This document shows, piece by piece, positions 50,941 to 64,000 of a stretch of DNA of 64,000 bases. The stretch is from Octopus sinensis (Eukaryota). The notes beneath the pieces are model-generated. The model made no database searches. It was not told where the DNA came from and saw only the letters and a program-made list of their open reading frames with translations. The position numbers and the translations under genes are program-made. The stretch is from positions 4,154,001 to 4,218,000 of the forward strand of contig NC_043021.1 of assembly GCF_006345805.1 (NCBI RefSeq), in the 5' to 3' direction. Numbering within the stretch: position 1 is the first letter of the stretch; each line of letters opens with the position of its first letter.

Positions 50941-51807
50941 TGCTTCCCAACCACATGGTTCAGGTTCAGTCTCACTGCATGGCACCTTGGGCTGACCTAA
51001 GCCTTGTTAGTGGATTTGGTAGACGGAAACTGAAAGAATCCTGACATGTGTGTGTGTGTGTGAGTATCTTTGTTTCTCTCCCACCACTGCTTGACAACTG
51101 GCGTTGGTGTGTTTACATCCCTGTAACTTAGTGGTTCGGCAAAAAGAGACAGATAGAATAAGTACTAGGTCTAAAAAAAAAAAAAGAAAAACCTGGGATT
51201 GATTTTTTTCAACTGAAATCCTTCAAGGTAGTGCCCCAGTATGGCCACAATCAAAAGAATGAAGCAAATAAGCATGTCTGGAGTGTCTGCATTCAAAGCA
51301 TTCCAAAATTATTACTTCACTTTGAAACAGGCAGAAGTTGGCTGCAAGAAGAGCATCCAACCATGGAAACTTTTGCCCTAACAGACTCATCTCTGCTCCA
51401 TCTAAGTATGGAAGAGTAGACATGAAAACAATGATGTCAAGAAACATCTCACTCCTGCCAACATAGATATGAGATAAAGATCATCCCTGAGTCATACAGA
51501 CTCATAGGGCATGTTTCCCGGTTTCCGTGACGGAGACTGGTGCAGCCATCTGGTTCGCCAGCCCTCAGTCAAAATCGTCCAACCCATGGAAAGCGGACGT
51601 TAATAACGACGATGATAATGATGATGATCTATTCACCCACTGGACAGGACATTGGTCTATTGCAAGGTTTTAGCCAGCTGAGTAACCTGGAGAATGAAGT
51701 GTTTTCTTTAAGAATACGTGTCACCCTAGTTCAGGAATGGAAATCCCAATCTTATAATTGTGGGACCAGCACCCTAATCACGAAGGGACACACCTCCACT
51801 GCCCCAT

Positions 51808-52185
51808 TGGAAGCACTCTGTCGGTTACGATGACGAGGGTTCCGGTTGATCCGATCAACGGAACAGCCTGCTCGTGAAATTATCGTGTAAGTGGCTGAGC
51901 ACTCCACAGACACGTGTACCCTTAACGTAGTTCTCGGGGATATTCAGCGTGACACAGAGAGTGACAAGGCCGGCCCTTTGAAATACAGGTACAACAGAAA
52001 CAGGAAGCGTGAGAGAAAGTTGTGGTGAAAGAGTACAGCAGGGATCACCACCATCCCTGCCGGAGCCTCGTGGAGCTTTAGGTGTTTTCGCTCAATAAAC
52101 ACTCACAACGCCCGGTCTGGGAATCGAAACCACGATCCTACGACCGCGAGCCCGCTGCCCTAACCACTGGGCCATTGTGCCTCCA
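51808..52185 (-). mobile_element. SINE-C copy
   Basis: Colinear with 30548-30931. Confidence 0.9.
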
Positions 52186-53496
52186 CACTGCCCCATACAT
52201 GAACACACCGAAACAAAACAGTTTTTGAATATTAACAAGACAGATTTTAAAATGTTTTCTTGCCCCTTGTTCATTAATGCAGCTTCATAAAATTGGCATT
52301 GTAGACACGAGCCAGCAAAGTGACCATTGGTCACGAGGCATGTTAGATACAGTAGCCAAATCTTCCCTCAACCCATTACTGTAAAGGTTTGAGGATGGAC
52401 ATTTATATTTGCCAAGTTATCATCATCATCATCATCATCATCGTTTAATGTCCGTTCTCCATGCTAGCATGGGTTGAACGGTTCGACCGGGGATCTGGAA
52501 AGCCAGAAGGCTGCACCAGGCTCCAGTCTTATCTGGCAATGTTTCTACAGCTGGATGCCCTTCCTAACGGCAACCACTCCGTGAGTGTAGTGGGTGCTTT
52601 TTACGTGCCACCTGCACAGGTGCCAGGCGAGGCTGGCAACGGCCACGGTTGGATTGGTGCAGTTTACGTGCCACCTTAATGTAAAAGCAGACTTATGTAT
52701 TTTATGAATGTCAGCACTTTCGACAGTCAACTTCAATGAATGCCAACAGTTTTGACTGCCAAAAGCATAAAGTGTAGCAGAAACAATAGATTGCTGTTTC
52801 TGTCAGTCTTACATTGATAAATGGTAACACTGTAATTAGTTTCTCCTAGTCATGAACTGAGTTCACATTTGCTTTTGGACCTTCCAGGGATAAACCATGC
52901 ATGTTTCACAGTCGATTCCATTACACAAACCATAACCTTGGCAAATGTGTGTGTCTTTGTGCAATTGTTAAGTAACCATTGAATAAGTACGGCTAATGAT
53001 GCAGCAAACCAAATCCCACACACTGTTTTGCTTTTTATCTCATTTTAAAGTTCAAATACTTCTTAACCTTCTAAACACCAACCTGTTTGGAACCACTGGT
53101 TTCATAAAACGAAAATATCGAAAATATCAAAAGGTTTAGAGTAAAAAACAAAATAAAACAATCTTTCGTTTTCACTGTCAACAAATCATCTGCTGGTTCT
53201 GTGCTTTCAAGGATTTATACATGAAGAGACCTTTTCCATGAAAAACAGATAGGGTCTAGTGAGAAAAAGGGCATCGGGCTGTAAAGCAAGGCTTCAGTAA
53301 TACATTTGTCTCACTTGTACTAGCATGGGGAAACAGAAGTAAAAATCAAAGGAATGAACAAATTATCATAACCATTATCAGATTTGTAATGATGGTGGTG
53401 GTAGTAGTGGTGTTTGTGGTGATGGTGGTGGTTGTGGTAGTAATGATGGTCATTGTGGTGATGGCAATAGTTGTGGTCGTGATGGCGATGGTTGTG

Positions 53497-53915
53497 GTAG
53501 TGAGCTGACAGAAACGTTAGCATGTCGGGTGAAATGCTTAGCGGTATTTCGTCTGCTGTTACGTTCTGAGTTCAAATTCCGCCGAGGTTGATTTGCCTTT
53601 CATCCTTTCGGGGTCGATGAATTAAGTACCAGTTACACACTGGGGTCAATGTAATCGACTTAATACCTATGTCTGTCCTTGTTTGTCCCCTCTGTGTTTA
53701 GCCCCTTGTGGGTAGTAAAGAAATATAAATAAGTATTTCGTCTGCCGCTACGTTCTGAGTTCAAATTCCGCCGAGGTCGACTTTGCCTTTCATCCTTTCG
53801 GGGTCGATAAATTAAGTACCAGTTACACACTGGGGTCAATGTAATCGATTTAATACCTATGTCTGTCCTTGTTTGTCCCCTCTATGTTTAGCCCCTTGTG
53901 GGTAATAAAGAAATA
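53497..53915 (+). mobile_element. Young SINE-B with internal ~190-bp tandem duplication
   Basis: cgttctgagttcaaattccgccgagg...gtagtaaagaaata is present twice. Confidence 0.85.
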
Positions 53916-54602
53916 GGTTGTGGTAGTGATGGTGGTGGTGATGGCAGTGGTTAAGATGATCAGGCGGAAGATTATGGTGAGGGTGGTATTGGTTTCATTT
54001 GTTTCCTTCTACCCTCACTTCCCAGCAAGAGCATTCCGTGTGCCTCACACTTGATCAACTTCATCTTGCTTCCTATGAGATGACCCGGGTGACATTTGAA
54101 TCAACCAAGCACAAAGAACAGGCAATTAGCCGTCTCATTCAGCAGCAACTAAATTTTGTCAGATTTCTCCTTCAAGAGCTGCTAACATTTAAAAACACTG
54201 AAATTAAATATATTCCTAATTAATTACAACAACAACAACAACAGCAACATATATAAAAGAAGACAATCACAAGAACAGCAACATTATAATTAGCTGAATC
54301 TAACAAACAGGTGACTTGTTCTCCTTGTCTGTGTTTTAAGATGGTCAGGGACAAAAATGTTTGTCTGTTTTTTTTGTATGCTTCTTTGTTGTTGTTGTTA
54401 TTTTTTTTTTGTCTCTATCTTTCAAGAAGATGTAAAGAAATTAAGTAATGATTCATTGCAAACAGCCTGTTGCTGGTTTTGTTTATTCTACATCAAGAAG
54501 AAGCTGAAGGACATCAGATATGAGAGACATCAATTGAGCCTACCAGAAAATTTTCTTGTTGGGAGAATACAGAGGTGTTAACATCTTAATATAATGGTTA
54601 GT

Positions 54603-54940
54603 GAAGGCGCGTGGCTCAGTGGTTAGAGCGTCGAGCTTACGATCGTGAGGTTGTGAGCTCGAATCCCGGACCGGGCTGCGTGTTGTGTTCTTGAGCAAGA
54701 GTTTCACGTTGCTCCAGTTCACTCAACTGTAGAAATGAGTTGCGACGTCACAGGTGCCAAGCTGCATCGGCCCTTGCCTTTCCCTTGGACAACATCGGTG
54801 ACGTGGAGAGGGGAGGCCGGTATGCATGGCCGACTGCTGGTCTTCCATAAAAAAAACAACCTTGCCCAGACTTGTGCCTCAGAGGGTAACTCTCTAGGTG
54901 CAAACCCATGGTCAGTGTCTGACCGAAGGGGGTCACCATC
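54603..54940 (+). mobile_element. SINE-D (tRNA-like head gaaggcgcgtggctcagtggttagagcg...ctcgaatccc)
   Basis: A/B-box-like head. Diverged minus-strand copies lie at about 16540-16845 and 33130-33630. Confidence 0.85.
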
Positions 54941-55614
54941 ACCATAATGGTTACAAAATTGCAAATGGGAAATAGAAATGAGAGAGCAATGTGAAATAAT
55001 AGTTGTGGAAAAAGGGGAGGGGGGATAAAAAAAAGAATAATATCAGTAATGATTGGTGGTGGTGTGATCTAGTGTATGAGAAAGGTAGTAAAGGTTACAG
55101 AGAGAGGTAGTTAAGGTTTTTAACAAGAGCCAGTGCAGTTGAAATATGAAATAGAAATGGGATGATAAGCAGCTAGTGAAGTGAGCTAAGTTAATAAGTG
55201 AAAAAGTAGGACAAAACAACGATGAAGTAAAGGACATGTATATATGGTAACGCAAATGCACACCAAGATTGGGAAGGAGAAGAGAAAGAGAATGAGCTAA
55301 AGCTGTGGGGTAGGAAGTTTGCTTCCTAACTAAATGGTTTCAGGTCCAGTCCCACTGCACAGCAGTTGAGCAAGTGTCTTCTACTATAGTCACAGGCTGG
55401 CTAAAGTTACCATCTACCACTTGGTAGATGGAAACTGAAAGAAACTCATTTTGTGTGTGTGTGTGTGTGTGCATGTGCCTTTCTGTTTGTATTTGTCCCC
55501 CACCACTGCTTGACAACTGGTGTTGGTGTGTTTACATCCCTGTAACTTAGCAGTTTGGCAAAAGAGACCAACAGAATAAGTACCAGGCTTAAAAAAAAAT
55601 TGCTGGTTTAAGCC

Positions 55615-55977
55615 TTTAACATTTAAATTGGCCATATCCAGCCCAAATATTCTCCCCGTTTTATGTTCAAACTGGCAATATCCAACCTCTCACACCTACC
55701 CTACAATATCATTCTGAAAATAAACAATCACATCATTGAAACACCAGAAGCTACAAAATAATGCACGATTAATACAATGTGAATTAAAAAAAGCATTACG
55801 TTTGACACAGAAGTCTGAATGCTAAAGCGTTAATTAATTCTCCAGCATTTAAACTGGCCACACCCAACACAAACATTCTGCCTCTTTGATGTTCAAACTA
55901 GCCAGATCTGGCTTCTCACACCTATCCTATAAAGAAGCATTATATCGGAGAAAGTAATCTGAACGCTGAAGGGTTAA
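55615..55977. mobile_element. piggyBac-type MITE plus truncated second copy
   Basis: Ends ...gctaaagcgttaa and ...gctgaagggttaa. A related copy lies in opposite orientation at about 1890-2045. Confidence 0.6.
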
Positions 55978-56076
55978 ATGGCAGAGGCATGGCTGTGTGG
56001 TAAGAAGTTTGCTTCTCAACCACATGGTTCTGAGTTCAATCCCATTGCACAGCACTTGAGCAAGTGTCTTCTACTT

Positions 56077-56385
56077 CAAAATCTCTCGTGGAAGCGCCAT
56101 CCAACCAAAATGCAAATATATGGGAAACTACCACCTGTGTCATCTCTTGTGAAAGGTAGGAGAGTCCAGTTTGCTGGACATTGTTGTAGAGCTGAAAAAG
56201 AGGTAATTTCTACTCTTCTCCTCGCAATACCAGAGGGCGCACACTCTCCTACCCTGATGTAATCTCCAGGGATACAGGCATCCAGCAACAGGACCTCCGT
56301 AATGCCATGATGGACCGTGAAGTCTGGCGTAGCATGGTAAATTCCATTGTCTCGACCACGGTCGAATAATGATGAATGATGATGA
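56077..56385 (+). mobile_element. RTE-group LINE 3' end inserted inside a SINE-A head
   Basis: Same sequence as 43568-43890. SINE-A stops at gtgtcttctact (about 56075) and resumes at gtctgaccaaag (about 56388). Confidence 0.75.
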
Positions 56386-58239
56386 CAGTCTGACCAAAGT
56401 TTTGCAAGTAGTATGCAAACCGTTAGATATTCACTCCTCATAACCAATCAACTCACTGTAATTTAGTATTTTTTTCCTGTAAAACTTTTAATGTAGAATA
56501 GTCAAAGGAGACGGTCTACCAATGGTAAAGAGAAATGTGCAATGTTATTGCTCATTAGTTTCTAAATTATATTTCTTATAAAATTAATAGACATCAGTAG
56601 AGTGAGAAGGCAGGCTACTGTTTGATAATGAAGTTTAATAGAAAGGGGGGAAAAAATATCCTTTGATCGTTAAATGGGAAAAGAATTATTTCCTTTTTTT
56701 GTTTTAAATAACAGACAATATATTGAAAATGAATTTATTTATTATGTAGCAAGTAATAATACCAAACTTCTCTCATTACACCAAACAGCTATTAAAAATT
56801 TGAAAGCCAAACCAACTTTCTACTCTGCCGTCTTTCATTAAAACCCAAGCACATAACAATCTGACAAAATATAATATTTTTTTTTAATATTTCAATATTT
56901 AATATTTTGTTTCAGTCATTGGATTGCAGCCTTGCTGGGGTACTCAATTCCAGCGCTTTTTTTTTTCTTCTTAGTTATTTTAGTGGTCTCTTTTGCTGAA
57001 GCACTAAGTTACAGAAATATAAACAAACCAACACCAGTTGTCAAGTAGTAGAGATGGTGGTGGGACAAGCACAAGGACACACACACACACACACACATAT
57101 CTTTTAAATTTGTTCATGGGAAACGTTTTGAATATGCCAGCTACAGTCTAATGATGCTGACTGGTGATCCAGTTTTGGGGGTTGCACTGAACTGTATCGA
57201 TATAATGTAAATATAATAATAATAACAATAATCCTTGGATGGAACTTATAAATATTTTAATGCATCGTTACATGCATTTTCACAAATCATGTCTCACGGT
57301 CTATATATTATCAGGATGATTACAATGTAGTCTGTAGTGTGCATGGGCACTGAGTAGATCATCTTCATGGATTCTGGCTTTTATACAGTTTCTGTTCACC
57401 AAATTCACTCACAAGGCATTTGTCAGCCTGGGGTTATAACTAAAGACATTTCTTCAATCTGCTGTGTAGTGGGACTGAACCTGAAACTCTATGATTGCAA
57501 AACCCACTTCTTAACCACACTCAGCCTGGGGCTTTAACTAAAGACATTTCCCCAATGTGCTGTGTAGTGGGACTGAACCTGGAACTCTATGATTGCAAAA
57601 CCCACTTCTTAACCACACGGTCATGCCTGCGTCCATAAGAAGAAAAAGTCAATATTGCATTGGGCAAGAAACTTACACTGAAACTTTGCATTTCGTTAAT
57701 AATAATTTCTAACATGGACACAATGCAACAATTTTGGGATTGGAAGAGGTTTCATTGATTAAATGGACCTTAATACTTAACTAGTGCTTTATTTTATCAA
57801 ACCTGGGAAGATGAAAAGTAAAGTAGATCTCAGCGAGATTTGAACTCAGAATGTAAAAAGCAAGAACAGCACAACGCATTTCATCTAACACTAAAGATTC
57901 TGCTCATCCACCATTCCAAAGAGAATTGGAATGTCCATACAGCGGCCTACCCTGACCCCTTTATGTCGGCACACTTACTGCACAGAAGATTTATTCTGTT
58001 ATTCTTTTGTGCGTTTCAGTCACTTGATTGTGGCCATGCTGGAGCACCACCTTTTAGTCGAAGAAATCAACCCCCAGGGCTTATTCTTCGTAAACCTGGT
58101 ACTTATATCCTATTGGTCTCTTTTGCTGAACCACTAAGTTACGGGGATGTAAACGCACAAACATTGGTTATCAAGCAATGATGAGGGGACAAACACAGTC
58201 ACAAAGATGCACACACACACAAACATAAATATATGCAAA

Positions 58240-58276
<37 letters not shown>

Positions 58277-58449
58277 CATCATCATCATCGTTTAACGTCC
58301 GTTTTCCGCACTAGTACAGGTTGGATGGTTCGACCGGTCTGGGAAGCCAGGGGCTGCACCAGGCTGCAGTCTTTCTGCAGGGTTTCTACAGCTGGATGCC
58401 CTTCCTAACGCCAACCACTCCGCGAGTGTAAAACCATATATATATAGAG

Positions 58450-58496
<47 letters not shown>

Positions 58497-58529
58497 GATA
58501 GATAGATAGATAGATAGAGAGATAGATAG

Positions 58530-58932
58530 ATATTACATACATATAAGAGGAATGACCACTAGGTGGACTCCTATATGCTAAATGTAACCCCTGCTGACCA
58601 CTAAGAAAAATTGCTCTCAAGAATATTTGGCAAAATGCCAGAACTTAAAGTGAGCAAGACAAATGAAAAGGTACAAAATAAAGTGATTAGTCACATACCA
58701 TGATTTCATTGTTACCATTTAAATTACGTAATATAAATAGTAACAATGAAAGCATGGTATGTGACTAATCACTTTATTTTCTATCTTTTCATTTGTCTTG
58801 CTCACTTTAAGTTCTGGCATTTTGCCGAATATTTTTAAGAGCAATTTTTCTTAGTGGTCAGACCATATGGGGTCTACATTTAGCATATTAGGAATCCACC
58901 TAGTGGTCATTCCTCTTATATGTATGTAATAT
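58530..58932. repeat. Imperfect ~400-bp fold-back element
   Basis: atattacatacatataagaggaatgaccactaggtgga... and its reverse complement, with a short AT-rich centre near 58720-58738. Confidence 0.85.
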
Positions 58933-58979
58933 AATTTTCTGAATTTTCGGATTTTTTCAATATACCAGGCCACTGGTTT

Positions 58980-59531
58980 AAATTGTTGTTATCTGTTTGG
59001 TGGGATATGAAAGGTTTAATCAACTTTGAGCTTTTAGACCCAAATTAAATGATAACAAAGGAGACCTACTATGAGCAACTTGAGCAGCTTAAGTCAGCGC
59101 TAGAAGAAAAACGACCCTCTTTGGTTTCAAGACGAAAGGTATTCTTCCATCAGGATAATGCTCAGCCACATACAGCGAGGGCGACATTCCAAAGGCTGGA
59201 GTAGTCTGAATGGGAAACGATGCCCCACCCACCATATTCATTGGACATTGCCCCATCTGATTATCATTTATTGCGCAGTCTTTCAAAATCATTTGGCTGG
59301 AAAAAATATGAATTCTGTAGACAAGGTCAGAACAGCACTGGAGGAGTATTTTTCATCACGGACAAGTGAATTTTGGAAGAGGGGCCTTGCAAGTTTACCA
59401 CATAGTTGGCAGAGCATTGTAGAAAATGAAGGAGAGTATATTTTAGATAAAAAAAGAATTTTGTTTATCTTAATTTTGAAAAAATAAAAGAATTATAAAA
59501 ACAAACGCATTATTTATGGGATGACCCAATA
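58980..59531 (+). mobile_element. Mariner (DD34D) transposase C-terminal relic with right terminal repeat
   Basis: VWWDMKG, FFHQDNAQPH and PHPPYSLDIAPSDY motifs, with 34 residues between the last two Asp. In-frame stops and a frameshift are present. Ends ...GGGATGACCCAATA. Confidence 0.9.
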
Positions 59532-61771
59532 TACATGAGAGAGAGAGGTGTGAGCGACTCGACCAGTGAAATATTGTCTTGAGACACTCTTACACACCTG
59601 ACACACAATTTCAGAGTCTAACGAGGCGTGTAGAATGTGAGGAAGCGAAGAGCAGAGACAGATGCAACAGGGAGTTTGGTTTAGTTTGTGAGGCACTGGA
59701 ATTTACATTGATGAAAGTAAGCAGAAGGAAAAAAATTCTATGCAATTACACCTGGGCTGAGGATGAACACACACACACACACAGTGGCACCCATTTTTTT
59801 CTAAGCATATATTTTTCTACACACACGCAGAGTTTTTGTATAAGAACTTTATCTTAATTTTGAAAAATAAAAAGTATTAAAAAAAAAACGCATTATTTAT
59901 GGGATGACCCAATACGACAGGTAGAGAAAGATGATACCAGTGTGCAGATGTTGATTGGATAAGTTTACATATTAACAATAGAATAATATAAAAATAGCAT
60001 TACTCTAACCACAAAAGATTAATTGTGTTAATCATTCTATCTTTGTGGCTTCTGAATTCACTTTGTAATTCTGCAGCTCCCATGTCGTGTTGTCATATTC
60101 GTTATCAAGTTTGCATGACTTAGTAATTAGTATTAACATCCTTACAGCTCTATCAGGATTTGAAAAAGCTCATTCAGGCTCAAAGAAAAGAGAAGAAAAA
60201 TAAATAATACTGTCATGACATATGGTGAGTTTTGAGCATTTTTAGACTTGGAAGGGCCCATTTCCCACCAAGTCTGACACCAGTAGAAAAGAAGGGAGGC
60301 AAGGAGTTTTGATCCCCAGAGGTGGATTGGTACTTTATCAAGCTTGAAAGGATGAAAGACAAAGTTGATTTCTGAGGTGTTTGAATACAGTATACACACA
60401 CACACACAGAGTGAGAGAGAGAGAGAGAGGGAGAGAGAGAGAGAGATGGAAAAATAGCACAAAGTAATCTTTTGGGGTTCTGGCAATTTGCTGTTCATAC
60501 ATTGTGGAGGCACATGGCTCAGTGGTTAGGGTATTCAGCTCATGATTTTAAGGTTGTGACTTTTATTCCCAGTGGCACATTGCGTCCTTAGGCAAGACGC
60601 TTTATCTCACGTTGCTCCAGTCCACTCAGCTGGCAACAATGAGTAGTACCTGTACTTCAAAGGGCCAGCCCTGTCACATTGCTGGTTATGTTGAATCTCC
60701 CTGAGAACTACATTAAGGGTACATGTGTTTGTGGAAAGCTCAGCCACTTCATCATCATCATCATCATCATCAACATTTAACATTTGTTTTTCATGTCAGC
60801 ATGGGGCTGGGATGGCTTGACAGGGCCCTTGCAAGGCCAGCACCTGCACTAGGTTCCATAGTCTGTTTTGGTTTGGTTTCTATGACTCGGTGCCCTTCCT
60901 AGCACCAACCATTTTACAGAGTGTACCGGGTGCTTTTTATGTGAGACCAACACCCACACCAATCCTTTTCTACACAGCACCTTGTTTTTAAGATCTCATT
61001 TCTGTTGTGGTGGGCAGGTCTTCCTGAGTGCAGCAATGCCCCACACATCTCAGTCCTCTGTCATCTCCTCTGTATGGTTCAATGTTTTGAGATCCATTTT
61101 CAGGTCGTTCTGTCGATCAGATCAACTGGAACACTCATCATCATCATAACTGACAGAAAGCCAGATTCATTTATCCATCAGAGGAAATGTCAGAGACTGA
61201 GCAACAGCAGTTGGGGAAATCGATAATGTTGAATTGTTAGAAAAATCACTGCAGGTGATCATCTGATCAGGTGGCAGCCCAACAGGAAATGAAAAATGCC
61301 AATCCATTGATAACATTATCATGATTAGCAGATGTGTTTGTGGAATGATATTTAGGAACTATTTGTTCAATTAATGCTAACTGAACTTTTCTATAGTCAA
61401 ACATAATTCAGGCTGTGTTTGTGTTTCTGCTAACCTGAATCAGATAACACACATCAGCAGGAAACATCATTATTTTTATTCTTTGCAATTAAACCATTTG
61501 TCAAACTTCATAAAAAGAGTTTACAAATTTACAGCTAATCATCTTGTCTTCCAAGTAATTTTTCTGCCAGATGCACCTGATTTACATACACCTGATGCAC
61601 AATAATAATCAAAAAGAACCTTTAGCAAGTTCTCACCAAATTTTCTAATTGATGGAATGTAATCTTTCAAAACAGACTTGATTGTTTACACAGCTCTTTC
61701 TGCTGCATTAGATTTTGGACTGCAGATAGAACTTTCAGCTTCTTTGTAATTAAGTCAATTTAACTAAACCT

Positions 61772-61829
61772 TTAATTAAATGAATCCTGGTTCATTGTCT
61801 CTAATACAACTGTCATTGAACTAACGAAT
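61772..61829 (-). CDS. Candidate terminal coding exon: FVSSMTVVLETMNQDSFN-stop
   Basis: ttttctcaattttctctag|ATTCGTTAGT...AATTAA. About 650 bp of non-repetitive UTR-like sequence follows, with an AATAAA on the minus strand near 61475. Confidence 0.35.
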
Positions 61830-62407
61830 CTAGAGAAAATTGAGAAAAGTCATTTCCTCACATATTCTGAACTTATGTTGAAATCTAAACCTTAATTCCA
61901 AGAAGTCGTTAAGTTAATTATAACACTGGGTAACATGATTTTGGTCCTTAGGTAGTAACGGTCATTTCTATTTGCTTACCCCTGGAAAACATGAAAAATG
62001 GCTAATATTTCCTTCTAACTTTGCTTTTCTCATATTTATTCAAACCCCAACAAATCCTTCTCAACACATGGCTACGGTGCTCCCCCACTATTCCTGCTCA
62101 TCATCAGAGATGCATATATTGTCAGCAACTATATCCTTCATAAAACAAACTCAAATGTTTTCTTCATATTAAAATAGAACCAAAAAAACAGGCGACCAGA
62201 AATGTTTAAAATATGTGATTTAGAGAAAATTCAAACAATACATTTATTTCAAATGTACAAAGGATTTAAAGAGATGAGTGAAATATTATGGTAAAGTTTT
62301 GTGATGTGAAACAGGAAGAACATGAATAAAGTGAGCATTAAGTCTTTTGCTACCATATTTCTGCTGAACGCATTGCTTTTGTTTCAATTAAATTTGGAAT
62401 AAAGAAT

Positions 62408-62838
62408 TTAACCCTTTTACACAGAAAGCAGATATATCCACTCTAGATTATATTATCTTTAACAGCAGAAAGCAGTTTAATACACCAATCTATCTTTTGT
62501 TGAAGAATTTATTTTCTGATGAGATATACCGGCTTTAATCCTTTTGTTACCATATTTGCATCAAATACACTACTTTTGCTTCAATTAAATAAGAAAGCTA
62601 TAAAGAATTTAACCCTTTTACATAGAAAGCAGATATATCCTTTCAAAATTTTATTATCTTTAACTGCAGAAAGCAGTTTTATACACCAACGTATCTTTCG
62701 TTGAGGGAACTATTTTCTGATAAGTCAAGTTTATTGAGGCATTGGGAGTTGCAGAAAATATCAGTTCTATTTTTGCTTGATATTTAACATCATCACTGGA
62801 ATACCCATGAAATTTAATTTTGCAGTGAAAGGGTTAAA
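62408..62838. mobile_element. piggyBac-type MITE with duplicated left portion
   Basis: ttaacccttttaca(c/t)agaaagcagatatatcc at about 62409 and 62609, right end aaagggttaa. A related fragment lies at about 2240-2330. Confidence 0.65.
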
Positions 62839-63717
62839 AGCAAAACACTGGAGTCATTATCAAACTGCTGTTTGGGATATAAACTAACATGAAATTTTGA
62901 TGGAAGGTTTTTAATTTAGTTCGCTTCAAAGCATGAAGTTTGTGGTTAAGAAAAGAAGCAGTGTTATGTGCAACAAGATGCCAATTCATAAGAAACATTA
63001 AAAAAGAAAAAAAAACAGTTGAAAGGAAAATAAAAGCACAACCAACAACAAAACAGGACCATAAAGATAAGCTGTGAAAATGCTCCATGCAGTGCAATGT
63101 GGTGAACCCCTGTTGACATAAATTAAAAAAATATGCAAAAGGTGAAGTAAAAAGCAATATGGCCTGTTAAAGTAGTATTTGCCTACTCCAGGATTAACCA
63201 GCCTCTATCTGCTGCAGCCAGCCTTACATGGCTCTTCAATTATTTCAAATGTACTCCATTTGATAAAACAGGAGAAACTTGGTCTTTTAAAAGATTCCCT
63301 TTTTTTTCCCTTGATTTTTTTTTTCTTTTTTTGGTTATATGACCCTATCACTAGGTGAAAACCTTACCACATAACAGCCTCAAAGCCAAGAACCTTCGAA
63401 ACCAATCGCTAAGTCATAAGAAACTGTACTCTGACTTCACATAACGTGAATCAACATTTCATAAGAAAAGGTGTGACTGCTTCTCTCACTCATCCTTTAT
63501 CGTTTACTTGCTTCAGTCATTAGACTGTGGCCATGCTAGGGCACCAGCTTGAAGCATTTCACTCAAGTGAACTGACCTCATTACTAATTTTTGTTTAAAA
63601 GCCTGGTGCTTACTCTATTGGTCTTTTTGCCAAACTGCTAAGTTATGGGGATGTAAACAGACCAACACCAGTTGTCAAGTGGCAGTAGGAGATAAACAGA
63701 CACAGATATACACACAG

Positions 63718-63770
<53 letters not shown>

Positions 63771-63771
<1 letters not shown>

Positions 63772-64000
63772 TTTATTTAAAAGCAGCAGAAAATTCAACA
63801 AAACCTGTTACTCTGAGTTTCATGTTCCCGTTCGTCGGACAGTTTTTGCTAGAATCCAACAAAAACTGTCCGACGAACGGGAACGTGAAACTCAGAGTAA
63901 CAGGTTTTGTTGAATTTTCTGCTGCTTTTAAATAAAGCATATTACTCTACCACTGGTATTTGAGTACTCTTTTTTCCACCTTGTTTCACATTTATGTGTT
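63771..64000 (+). mobile_element. Hairpin element (78-bp arms + tail) with CCGACGA-core hammerhead, inserted at (TA)n
   Basis: Arms 63771-63848 and 63860-63937 differ by one mismatch. The right arm reads CTGT CCGACGA ACG-GGAA-CGT GAAA CTCAGAG TA ACAG. Confidence 0.7.

Noticed and set aside
53999-54581. Two 74-aa plus-strand ORFs with pyrimidine tracts upstream
   Set aside because: No donor or phase chain, no recognisable family, and the opposite strand gives equally plausible short readings.

Overview
AT-rich, microsatellite-dense eukaryotic DNA. The SINE, LINE and MITE repertoire points to an octopod/coleoid cephalopod; this is inferred from repeat families, not proven. Most of the window is repeats: four recurrent short retroelement families (three tRNA-headed SINEs plus an RTE LINE 3' end), relics of RTE, CR1-like, R4/Dong-like, Gypsy, Penelope-like (GIY-YIG) and mariner elements, and hAT-, piggyBac- and Tc1-type MITEs. 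Embedded on the minus strand is the 3' part of a spliced gene. Four short exons (39795-39884, 35562-35584, 33906-33965, 29314-29368) have mutually consistent phases and give a coiled-coil C-terminus I cannot name. The main find is a set of type I hammerhead-ribozyme (HHR) motifs in up to seven unrelated repeat families (four well supported, three weak), mostly in hairpin or tandem architectures next to (TA)n. They include a 345-bp tandem dimer that looks like a retrozyme and whose two copies show C3-G8 versus U3-A8 covariation, a recurrent UUGAAAA core, a CCGANGA core, and a canonical core with a very long helix II. All folding, alignment and coordinates were done by eye (plus or minus a few bp). 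No database search or folding program was run.
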